DNA of 64,000 nt from positions 35,340,001 through 35,404,000 of the forward strand of contig OZ241834.1 in NCBI GenBank assembly GCA_965202585.1. Direction: 5' to 3'. A model generated the notes under the pieces. The model worked only from the letters and a program-made list of their open reading frames with translations. It did no database searches and had not been told where the DNA came from. The position numbers and the translations under genes were made by a program. The stretch comes from Thalia democratica (taxonomy: Eukaryota). Each line of letters starts with the position of its first letter. The first letter of the stretch is position 1. Shown here in pieces: positions 1-11,889 of this stretch.

Positions 1-321
1 GAATTATCAAGGTTTCCGAATTTTTTTTGAAAAGTTTTTTTCAGGTTTTCAAAATTTCTTCCGGATTTTTAAAAGTACATGTTTTTCGGTCTAATTTTAG
101 TTTAAAGCCAAGTTTAAGGTTAAAGACTGTGCTAAATAGTAAAAAAAACATTGAAATGATACTGTAAAGCTACTTCAAATGTGTATTTTAATAAAAATAA
201 ATATTGATTACGAAAAAAAAATCATTTACATGACAGATTTTTTGAGTGAAACTTTACTACCTAACACATTAAAGTTATTTTTTTCCAAAATTTCCAGGTT
301 TCAAGGTTTTTTTGCACCGTG
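1..321. mobile_element. Truncated or degenerate copy of the same MITE family at the window edge
   Basis: Internal sequence (aaaagtaca...ttttagtttaaag...ctgtaaagctactt) matches copies 1-3; right TIR is degenerate. Confidence 0.7.
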
Positions 322-1699
322 AACAATTAAAAAAAGTCTGCTAAGATAAGGTACATAGCTCGATAATAAATACAAATTGCAATATTTTATACAAAGCAGT
401 TTTACTTTTACTCGTTATTTCGTTACTTGACACCAGAGACGTAGCTAGCTCAAAAGAATTGCAGAAACATACCAAACTACGTGCCTGCTTGACACCAACT
501 TCCACAATTTATTAACCAGATATATAAAAAACTCGCAAGCAACAAGCTTAAGAAAAAAATCTCAACTAGCCATCGTAACTTAAATAAGAAAAACTCTCAA
601 GACGCTAATTTGTAGGGAAGTTATACAAAAAAAGTCTTTTCTTTTTACTCACGATTAGATTAAAAGAAAATTTGATGATATTTACAACAACATTGTTTGC
701 ATTAAAGATGAAATATTTAAATCACAGCTTTTTGCTATACATTTTGTTCAGTCATTAGAACTAAAGACATACTAATGCCTAATTCAAATTATTCATAGGA
801 AGTATCTTTTTATATTATGTGAAAAATACCCTGTATATATATTCTAAATTGCAAGACAACATTTGTTGTTTTTCATTATAAGAGAGAACGCATTTATAAT
901 ACAGAGGACAATAATGTTTGAAAATCAAATGGTTTAAGTTTCAAAACACTGATGTTAGTTTTGTATCATATGTAAATTTTTATAAACTAAAGTATAAAAA
1001 GCACAAAGCCTGATTAAATAGCTTGGAATTGTAAAATCTCGTACATAAGTAGTTCATTTCAATTTAATAAAACACAAACTTTTAGCAGTACATTTTATTT
1101 AGTTATTGAACATTTTTAATAAATGCATTCTAATCAAACCAAAATTCTTCGATAAAAAACTATTAAATGCTTATAAAATGTGAAAAAAATTAAAAAATAC
1201 CTACAACTTAGTATATACAGTATAACATTATTATAAACAACAAAATGATATTATCTTACTGCTTGGAAATTTTAAGTAGAACGAACAATAAATTAATGGA
1301 TTTTTATTTAATTTCATGATCAATTTTCTAATATAACCAGAGTATATATAAAAAGAGCATTCAAAAAAAAAAGGAGATTTAAAAATTCATCCAAACTTTT
1401 TAAGTACTTGGAAAATTGTTTTTACTCGGTTTCATTTTCTTTGTCAGTATTTTTTACTGATTTTTATCAATTGGAAACAACAATTATACATAATGCATTG
1501 ATTACAAGGTAAAACAAATTGTCATTATTGTTCTGTAAAAAGGTCAGGATAACTTCTCTGACTAATACTTTTGTGAGGATCGTATATTTTAAAGTTTTAA
1601 ATGTTACAATGCACAGGGTTTCTGTCTTAAAACAAAACAGTCAACTATCATGTTGTCTTATTCTGCTTACTTATTATCGAATTCATTGATTTTCTTTTA

Positions 1700-4300
1700 T
1701 ATACTCATAACTTGTGGTTTGTTTCATCAGAGCTAATTTCGCTCTGCAAATTGAAGATTTCAAATCAATATTTTTTTTGAATCAAACCATCCGGTGAACT
1801 ACATTTTATCTAAGCAGGGTTTGTAAGAAAAAGTATTGTGACTACGTCATTTCAACAGAGAAAATAAAAACCGGCTAATACTTTTGTGAGAAAGAGATTA
1901 GACTTACAAAAAATAAAATGATAGCACATATGGATAAACGACTTAAAACATATATGTTCAACAATCATAATGGTTAAAACAATATAATTTTTTGGAATCA
2001 AATACGTTTATTTGCTTAAACTAGATTTGATTATATTAGGTTTTTGTAATCAGAGCTACATTTGCTCTCCAGATCATAGAAGCGATTTCAAGCGCGGATG
2101 TAGTGATGACTTTTATATAAAAGGATTGAAGGTAACGTTTGTGAGCGCGTCACTACAAATGAAAATATTTTCAAATGAGACAAACTGAATCGAAAATTAA
2201 ATTCAAACGCCTGAACTTTAGATTCTAAATAAAATAATCTTAAAATTACGATGGTGCATACAAATATTGCTTAGTTTTATTTATCTTACTTCTCTTTTTT
2301 TTTTTGCAGTTAATAAATCGTACAAAATTAATTTGTCTCACAAGTGTATTTAATTAACACAGTATCTATTATTATAACATTAACTTGAAGCTAAAGACAT
2401 TGTTACCTCATCAGAAGCTATATTTGGTTTTTAAGTTATAGTCTGTAAGGGCAATATTTGCTCCAGAAAATGCCGTGCAATTAAAAATTGATATGATCAT
2501 TCAGCAAAATAAGTTTTATTTACAAAAGGCTTGTAAGGTAAGGTTTGTAACATCACTACAACACAAAAAATTTAAAAACGAAACAAATTAAAAAGATTAA
2601 ACGGCTGAATTTTAAATTCAATAGACTATATCATTAAAAATTCTGATGATAAATACTTTGTATTTTGCATTTAGACAAAAAGACAGACTTAATTATTGTC
2701 ATGAGTGCGTTAAACTTAAAAGTAACTGAGTTTAAGAAAATATGTATTAAAAAACGATAGGATATTATATTACTGCACACGTTGGCACTCTAAATTTGCT
2801 GTTAACCATATCGTAAGTTTGAACTTCTGGAATTAATTATTTATTCATATGTATAATAAAATGTATAATAAAATGTATAAGGTAACGTTTGTGATTGCGT
2901 CACTATATTAGAGAAAAATTTAAAAATGAGACAAGCAGAGTCAAAAAACAAAATAAAACGACTGAATTGTAAATTGTAAAAGTAATATCATTGAAATTGC
3001 GAAGATAAATGCTTTGTGTTTTAAATTTAACCAAAAGAAAAACCTAATTGACTCATGAGTGCGTTTAGCATTAAAGTATCTGAGACAAAACAGAAGTTAT
3101 TGTATTCCGGAGCTAGATTAGCTCTTTAAATTAAATATCAAGAAAGAAATGAGAAATGTATTTATAGCAGGTTTATTATTTATTTTTATATAAAATTTGC
3201 AAGGTAGAGTTTGCGAGTGCGTCATAAAAAAAGTTAATAAGTTGAAAAGAGACAAATTGAATCAAAAGTAAATTCAAATTGAACTTTAGTTTTTAACATA
3301 ATATTTTTAGTGATGCACCACAGCTCCATATACTCTATTAATATGTAAGCAATTCCAAGCGCGGATAGTAACTGAGCAAAACTACGTTTTATCTGAATAA
3401 GATTTGTACGGTATGTTTGTGACTACGTCACTGCAACAAAGAAACATTTAAAAGAAGACAAGATGAGTCCACAGAGATATCTTTTGTAAAAAGAGACAAA
3501 ATGAGCGAAAAAAAAAAATTAAAAGCCTGAATCTTAAAACTAAAAGAAATTATCTTAAAATTGCGTCTGTGAACACGAATACTGAATAGCTTTCACTTAT
3601 TTTACATTGAATAAATGGCACAAACCTAATTAATCTCAAAGTGCATTTAGCCAACACGGTATCTTAATACTAAACTGAAGCTAAAAACATTGGTACCTTA
3701 TTATAAGATATGTTTGGTTTAAAGATGTAGTTTATAAGAGCAGCGATTGCTCCAAAATATTGCCCGCTATTGGAAATTGATATCGTTATTATCAAAACAC
3801 AATTATTTATAAAAGGCTTGTAAGGTAACGTTTGTAAGTGCGTCACTACAAAATAGATTTTTTTAATGAGACAAGTTGAGTCAAAAAAAAAAAAAAAAAC
3901 ACCTGAATTTAAAATTCTACAAGAGTTATTAAAATTTTAATGATAATATTTTGTATTTTACATTCAAAAACAAACTTAACTATTTTCATGAGTGTGTTAG
4001 GCTAATATGTATCTGAGTTTAAAAAAAAAGATGCTGTAGATGTTAGGTTGTTGTATTTCAGAGCCGCATTGGCTCTCTATATTAGGTTTATACCAAAAAG
4101 TCAGTAATATTCAGCAAGAAGTTTGTTACTTATTTGTATAAAATTTGTAAGGTAGCGTTTGTGAGTTCGTCATAACATAAGATTTTAAATTTTTATTGAG
4201 TCAAACTAAAATTCAAACTCAACTCATGTTCTGAAACCAAAATTAATAATCTTATATCAACGATGGTAATTATCATTTTTTTCATAAATCTTACTTTGTA
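1700..4300. repeat. Degenerate tandem / higher-order repeat (units about 200-400 bp, about 8 copies of a core motif)
   Basis: Core gtaaggtaacgtttgtgagtgcgtcactacaa...gagacaa recurs near 1835, 2130, 2535, 2880, 3200, 3410, 3825 and 4150; other motifs (caagcgcggat, catgagtgcgtt, cagagct...gctct) recur with it. Confidence 0.8.
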
Positions 4301-4717
4301 ATGATTGTGTTACAAAGTTCAACATGGTAATTCTGAGTGGGGTCGATGTGGTTGTTACTATTTAATCAATTTGAGTTGTGTGATAAGATATATATATATA
4401 TATCTTATAATAATATTAATATTATTATTAATATTATTATAATAAACTACAACTCACTGAAGATCACATGAAATTTTACATTTCAATGTGTGAAACAGGT
4501 GTTTAAATTATAGTTTTTATATAATTAAATAAATAAGTATATCTTACCTTATATATTATTATTTAATCAATTTGAGTTGTGTCATAAATATAAATATATA
4601 TATACTATTTTACCTAATAATCCTCAGAACCTTGGTTATTACTATTTAACCAATTTTAGTTGTGTGATAATTATGTATATTATGTAGTATTACATATATT
4701 ATAACACAACTATTAAG

Positions 4718-4751
<34 letters not shown>

Positions 4752-5024
4752 TAAATATAATTTATTGAAATGGCGATTTAAAAAATTCTGGAACATGTGT
4801 TTCATAAACCAAAGAAGATTGTTTCTAATCTTCAGCCAGTTTAAATTTAAAATAAAAAGCACTTTGGTAAACAAAGATGCAAAAGTTTACAAAAAAACAA
4901 AAACAATATGACGTAAGAATTGAACATTGTACATTACAAATATTCAGTACAAAAATCGATCTACCATCTAACTAAAGTGTTTAAGTTTAAACATTAACCT
5001 TATTTACATATATATATGTATATA

Positions 5025-5750
5025 TACTTAACAATCCTCAGAAATGCTTGATGGAACTATAGTTTTATGATGGAACTATAGTTTTATAATAAATTACATT
5101 ATAAATAATTAGATATTATAAATGACACTATTTACTTATGTTATTTTTCTCACCTAATAATCCTCAGAAATGCTTGATGAAAATATAGTTATATAATAAA
5201 TTACATCATAAATAATTAAATATTATAAATGACATTATTTATTTATGTTATTTTTCTCACCTAATAATCCTCAGAAATGCCTGATGGAAATATAGTTATA
5301 TAATAAATAACATCATAAATAATAAAATATTATAAAAGACATTATTTCTTTATGTTATTTTTCTCACCTAATAATCCTCAGAAATGCTTGATGGAAATAT
5401 AGTTATATAATAAATAAGATTATAAATAATTAATTATTTTTTACCTGATAATTCTCAGTGGGGCGTGGTGTGGTCTGCTGTCCCTCAAGTTTCTCAAAAA
5501 AACTTTGAAATTGTTCGCCATATCATTGTCCATATCCGGTACTTCCCACTAATAATAAATAAATATTAATAATTATATTGTTATTTGTGTTATATTAAGT
5601 TTGAAATCGTTCGCCATGCATTGTCCATATCCGGTACTTCCCACTAAAAAATCAAATAAATATTAATAATTATATTGTTATTCGTGTTATATTAAGTTTG
5701 AAATTATTCGCCATGTCATTATCCATGTCCGGAACTTCCTACTTAAAAAT
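5025..5750 (-). repeat. Donor-side (~117-bp unit, 3-4 copies) and acceptor-side (2 copies) echoes of SEC24 exon 20
   Basis: CTGAGGATTATTAG|GTGAGA repeats below 5444; AG|TGGGAAGTACCGGATATGGAC-like repeats at about 5600-5745. Confidence 0.85.
5445..5548 (-). CDS. SEC24: SEC24 exon 20 (WEVPDMDNDMANNFKVFLRNLRDSRPHHAPLRIIR)
   Basis: Matches the penultimate SEC24 segment (LR..RP....L.VIR); ttattag acceptor, AG|GTAAAA donor, phase 2. Confidence 0.85.
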
Positions 5751-6479
5751 CGAATTAACTATATTAATTGCTTTGAAAAAATATATAAACATTACAAACA
5801 AGTTGTAGGTGTACATGCACTTATACAGACTAAAGAACATTTTTAATTATAAACATTTTATAGAAACTAAACACACAACTGATTATACAACGAAAATTAA
5901 CTGCAATATCTAATTATGGGTTCTGAGAATACCTGAAAACTTTTGCTCTCCAAATACTATTTAAATCTAACTGAAAAAAAGTATAAACCCTTGTGTAATA
6001 AAAACAATAGTATAATACATGTAAATAAACATAAGCAATTATTATGGGCTCCCTTTAACCGTCGTAAAAATATGTAAAAGCAAGGGCAAAATAATCTAAT
6101 TCAGCTAGTCACAGGTTCCCTAATGAGAATTTCACAAACGCTGACGTATGACAAGGAAAACAGTTTAGTTCATTCTACAAACCGTTTGCTTCGGAAAATA
6201 AGTACTCATTTAAGTAAAATATCAAAAAAAAATTAAGGTGAACAGCACAAATTCTAATGATCTTTAAAAATTTTAAAAATGAAAAAAAAAACAGCTTGCC
6301 ACAGGTTCGGGAATATGTATTTGCCAACAAGTAAATAATCAAACAATATCAGATTGCAATAATTACAAATTATCTGACCATGGGTTTTAGAAATAGTTAG
6401 AACTGAGGCTAATTTTTTTGAAATATTACAATTATAATTTAACAAAACATTGGCTTCTAGGTCTATTGAAAAAAATTAA

Positions 6480-9400
6480 CTACAAAAAATCTAACCTATG
6501 GTTCAGGAATATCAGAGAACTCAAGTTAGTCTTGAATGAACTAGTGATAATCAAATGAAACAATAACAATTAAATAGTTAAATTAAATAATTGAACAATA
6601 TAAACAAAATTACCATTGGTTCAGGGATATCGGAGAACTGTGGCTTGTCAAGAACGTCTCGTATGAACTGGTGACAATCAAACAAAACAATAGCAACAAA
6701 TTAATTACAAAACATCTAACCATTGGTTCGGGGATATCGGAGAACTGAGGCTTGTCAAGAACGTCTTGTATGAACTGGTGACAATCAAATAAAACAATAA
6801 CAACAAATCAATTACAAAACATCTAACCATTGGTTCAGGAATATCGGAGAACTGAGGCTTGTCAAGAACGTCTCGTATGAACTGGTGACAATCAAATAAA
6901 ACAATAACAACAAATTAATTACAAAACATCTAACCATTGGTTCAAGAATATCGGAGAACTGAGGCTTGTCAAGAACGTCTTGTATGAACTGGTGACAATC
7001 AAATAAAACAATAACAACAAATTAATTACAAAATATCTAACCATGGGTTCAGGGATATCGGAGAACTGAGGCTTGTCAAGAACGTCTTGTATGAACTGGT
7101 GACAATCAAACAAAACAATAACAACAAATTAATTACAAAATATCTAACCATTGGTTCAGGAATATCGGAGAACTGAGGCTTGTCAAGAACGTCTCGTATG
7201 AACTGGTGACAATCAAATAAAACAATAACAACAAATCAATTACAAAACATCTAACCATTGGTTCAGGAATATCGGAGAAGTGTGGCTTGTCAAGAACGTC
7301 TTGTATGAACTGATGGCAATCAAATAAAACAATAACAACAAATCAATTACAAAACATCTAACCATTGGTTCAGGGATATCGGAGAACTGTGGCTTGTCAA
7401 GAACGTCTCGTATGAACTGATGACAATCAAATAAAACAATAACAACAAATTAATTACAAAACATCTAACCATTGGGTTCAGGGATATCGGAGAACTGAGG
7501 CTTGTCAAGAACGTCTCGTATGAACTGGTGACAATCAAATAAAACAATAACAACAAATCAATTACAAAACATCTAACCATTGGTTCAGGAATATCGGAGA
7601 AGTGTGGCTTGTCAAGAACGTCTTGTATGAACTGATGGCAATCAAATAAAACAATAACAACAAATCAATTACAAAACATCTAACCATTGGTTCAGGGATA
7701 TCGGAGAACTGTGGCTTGTCAAGAACGTCTCGTATGAACTGATGACAATCAAATAAAACAATAACAACAAATTAATTACAAAACATCTAACCATTGGGTT
7801 CAGGGATATCGGAGAACTGTGGCTTGTCAAGAACGTCTTGTATGAACTGGTGACAATCAAATAAAACAATAACAACAAATTAATTACAAAACATCTAACC
7901 ATTGGTTCAGGAATATCGGAGAACTGTGGCTTGTCAAGAACGTCTTGTATGAACTGGTAACAATCAAATAAAACAATAACAACAAATTAATTACAAAAAA
8001 TCTAACCATTGGTTCAGGAATATCGGAGAACTGAGGCTTGTCAAGAACGTCTTGTATGAACTGGTGACAATCAAATAAAACAATAACAACAAATTAATTA
8101 CAAAACATATAACCATTGGTTCAGGGATATCGGAGAAGTGTGGCTTGTCAAGAATGTCTTGTATGAACTGGTGACAATCAAATAAAACAATAACAACAAA
8201 TCAATTACAAAACATCTAACCATTGGTTCAGGGATATCGGAGAACTGTGGCTTGTCAAGAACGTCTTGTATGAACTGGTGACAATCAAATAAAACAATAA
8301 CAACAAATCAATTACAAAACATCTAACCATGGGTTCAGGGATATCGGAGAACTGTGGCTTGTCAAGAACGTCTTGTATGAACTGGTGACAATCAAATAAA
8401 ACAATAACAACAAACCAATTACAAAACATCTAACCATTGGTTCAGGGATATCGGAGAACTGTGGCTTGTCAAGAACGTCTTGTATGAACTGGTGACAATC
8501 AAATAAAACAATAACAACAAATTAATAACATAACATCTAACCATTGGTTCAGGAATATCGGAGAACTGTGGCTTGTCAAGAACGTCTTGTATGAACTGGT
8601 GACAATCAAATAAAACAATAACAACAAATTAATTACAAAATATCCAACCATTGGTTCAGGAATATCGGAGAACTGTGGCTTGTCAAGAACGTCTCGTATG
8701 AACTGGTGACAATCAAATAAACAATAACAACAAATTAACTACAAAATATCTAACCATAGGTTCAGGAGTATCGGAGAACTGTGGCTTGTCAAGAACGTCT
8801 TGTATAAACTGGTGACAATCAAATAAAACAATAACAACAAATCAATTACAAAACATCTAACCATTGGTTCAGGAATATCGGAGAACTGAGGCTTGTCAAG
8901 AACGTCTTGTATGAACTGGTGACAATCAAATAAAACAATAACAACAAATTAATTACAAAACATCTAACCATTGGTTCAGAGATATCGGAGAACTGTGGCT
9001 TGTCAAGAACGTCTTGTATGAACTGGTGACAATCAAATAAAACAATAACAACAAATCAATTACAAAACATCTAACCATTGGTTCAGAGATATCGGAGAAC
9101 TGTGGCTTGTCAAGAACGTCTCGTATGAACTGGTGACAATCAAATAAAACAATAACAACAAATCAATTACAAAACATCTCACCATTGGTTCAGGAATATC
9201 GGAAAACTGTGGCTTGTCAAGAAGGTCTCGTATGAACTGGTGACAGTAAAATAAAACAATAACAACAAATTAATTACAAAATATCTAACCATGGGTTCAA
9301 GAATATCGGAGAACTGTGGCTTGTCAAGAACGTCTTGTATGAACTGGTGACAATCAAATAAAACAATAACAACAAATCAATTACAAAATATCTAACCATT

Positions 9401-10787
9401 GGTTCAGGAATATCGGAGAACTGTGCCTTGTCAAGAACGTCTTGTATGAACTGGTGACAATCAAATAAAACAATAACAACAAATTAATTGCAAAATATCT
9501 AACCATTGGTTCAGGGATATCGGAGAACTGTAACTTGTCAAGAACGTCTCGTATGAACTGGTGACAATCAAATAAAACAATAACAACAAATTAATTACAA
9601 AACATCTAACCATTGGTTCAGGAATATCGGAGAACTGTGGCTTGTCGAGAACGTCTTGTATGAACTGGTGACAATCAAATAAAACAATAACAACAAATCA
9701 ATTACAAAACATCTAACCATTGGTTCAGGAATATCGGAGAACTGAGGCTTGTCAAGAACGTCTTGTATGAACTGGTGACAGTCAAATAAAACAATAACAA
9801 CAAATCAATTACAAAACATCTAACCATTGGTTCAGGAATATCGGAGAACTGAGGCTTGTCAAGAACGTCTTGTATGAACTGGTGACAATCAAATAAAACA
9901 ATAACAACAAATCAATTACAAAACATCTAACCATGGGTTCAGGTATATCGGAGAATTGTGGCTTGTCAAGAACGTCTTGTATGAACTGGTGACAATCAAA
10001 TAAAACAATAACAACAAATCAACTACAAAATATCTAACCATCGGTTCAGGGATATCGGAGAACTGAGGCTTGTCAAGAACGTCTTGTATGAACTGGTGAC
10101 AATCAAATAAAACAATAACAACAAATTAATTACAAAATATCTAACCATTGGTTCAGGGATATCGGAGAACTGTGGCTTGTCAAGAACATCTTGTATGAAC
10201 TGGTGGCAATCAAATAAAACAATAACAACAAATTAATTACAAAACATCTAACCATTGGTTCGGGGATATCGGAGAACTGAGGCTTGTCAAGAACGTCTTG
10301 TATGAACTGGTGACAATCAAATAAAACAATAACAACAAATTAACTACAAAATATCTAACCATTGGTTCAGGAATATTGGAGAACTGAGGCCTGCCAAGAA
10401 CGTCTTGTATGAACTGGTGACAATCAAATAAAACAATAACAACAAATTAATTACAAAACATCTAACCATTGGTTCAGGAATGTCGGAGAACTGTGACTTG
10501 TCAAGAACGTCTTGTATGAACTGGTGACAATCAAATAAAACAATAACAACAAATCAATTACAAAACATCTAACCATTGGTTCAGGAATATCAGAGAACTG
10601 TGGCTTGTCAAGAACGTCTTGTATGAACTGGTGACAATCAAATAAAACAATAACAACAAATTAGCTACAAAACATCTAACCATTGGTTCAGGGATATCGG
10701 AGAACTGAGGCTTGTCAAGAACGTCTCGTATGAACTGGTGACAATCAAATATAACAATAACAACAAATTAACTACAAAACATCTAAC
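6480..10787 (-). repeat. Tandem array, 107-bp unit, about 39 copies, made of the SEC24 exon 19 3' end plus donor and intron start
   Basis: Unit contains TTCATACAAGACGTTCTTGACAAGCCACAGTTCTCCGATATTCCTGAACCAATG|GTTAGA; period taken from 10788 vs 10681; decayed remnants extend to about 5900. Confidence 0.97.
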
Positions 10788-10985
10788 CATTGGTTCAGGG
10801 ATATCGGAGAACTGTGGCTTGTCAAGAACGTCTTGTATGAACTGGTGATCGCACTGTTTCCCTACTAGCATGTACATCTGCCACCCGCAATCCAACAGAT
10901 ACGCTCCTCTCATAGAAATCTTCTCACTTGAGGGCGGTAGCAAGTCGGGCGGAACGACGCATGTCCCGTCTTCCCTCTCCTCCGT
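10788..10985 (-). CDS. SEC24: SEC24 exon 19, gelsolin-like repeat (TEEREDG...SSEKISMRGAYLLDCG...FIQDVLDKPQFSDIPEPM)
   Basis: ORF 10665..10943; S.EK....GA.L.D.G motif; donor GTTAGA; phase 0-0. Confidence 0.93.
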
Positions 10986-11032
10986 CTGTTACGATTAAGT
11001 ATTTATTATTTGTAATATTTGTTTGTTTTGAT

Positions 11033-11265
11033 TAGTGATGTACTGGACTCACTATCCGGGTCCGGATCCGGCCGGATATTGCCATTTTTGTCTGATATCC
11101 GGATCCGGCCGGATCTTAATATGAAAAAAAAATCCGGATCCGGTTCCGGCCGGATTCTAATTTGAAAAAAAAAATCCGGATCCGGTTCCGGCCGGATTCT
11201 AGTTTGAAAAAAAAGTCCGGATCCGGCCGGATCCTAATTTAAAAAAAAAGTCCGGTACATCACTA
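11033..11265. mobile_element. hAT-type MITE (233 bp) with internal palindromic GGATCCGGCCGGAT repeats
   Basis: TIRs TAGTGATGTAC(T/C)GGAC at both ends; perfect 8-bp TSD GTTTTGAT at 11025-11032 and 11266-11273. Confidence 0.9.
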
Positions 11266-11520
11266 GTTTTGATTGAATGTTGAAATAATTATCTGAAAAA
11301 ACTAATACAAATAATGTGAATGGCACTCAAAAATATTTTTATGTAATTTAACACCAAAAAAAGTGTTTTCCATTTTTTAATAAATTGGTTGGTTTGTATT
11401 AAAAAACTTTAGTACGCGAAAATTAATATTTTAATATTTGATTGGATGTAAAACTAATAAATAAATTAAAAAAAAATCATCTTTGCTTAAAGTTAATACA
11501 ACAATAAACAAAATATTTAC

Positions 11521-11652
11521 TTGTATATCATCGACTCTGTACATGTCTGGGTGTATATCGGATAAGATGTATTTTATTGGTTGAGTTAATATTTGCAGCA
11601 TGGAGAAAACTCTGTCGTCTAACTCGGTTGCAACTCCACCTCTAAGACTTTT
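11521..11652 (-). CDS. SEC24: SEC24 exon 18 (KSLRGGVATELDDRVFSML...IHPDMYRVDDIQ)
   Basis: LD.R.F.M and HP..YRVD motifs; phase 0-0. Confidence 0.92.
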
Positions 11653-11889
11653 CTGTTGATAAAAAGTTATATAGTATTCATAAGTCAGTCATTGTTTAAT
11701 GTCAAAATTATAATAGAGACTCTCAACTTAAGTTTTGTGCTACTTTAAAAATAACCGTTGAAAAGGTAAATAAAAACAACACAACAATAGATGAAAAAGA
11801 GCTTTTAAACACATGTTTAAACAAAAAAATAGTTTTAAAACTTTAAATGCCTGACCTTTGGCAGAGTTATACAGTACAAATTTACATAA

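Noticed and set aside
4775-4850. Candidate terminal SEC24 exon (LAED*KQSSLVY-like)
   Set aside because: In-frame stop and no compatible phase-2 acceptor; cannot complete the protein.
6919-8429. Short ORFs in the ORF track (MFDCHQFIQ..., MVRCFVI...) and 14319..14501
   Set aside because: Read-through products of the exon-echo repeat units, not independent genes.
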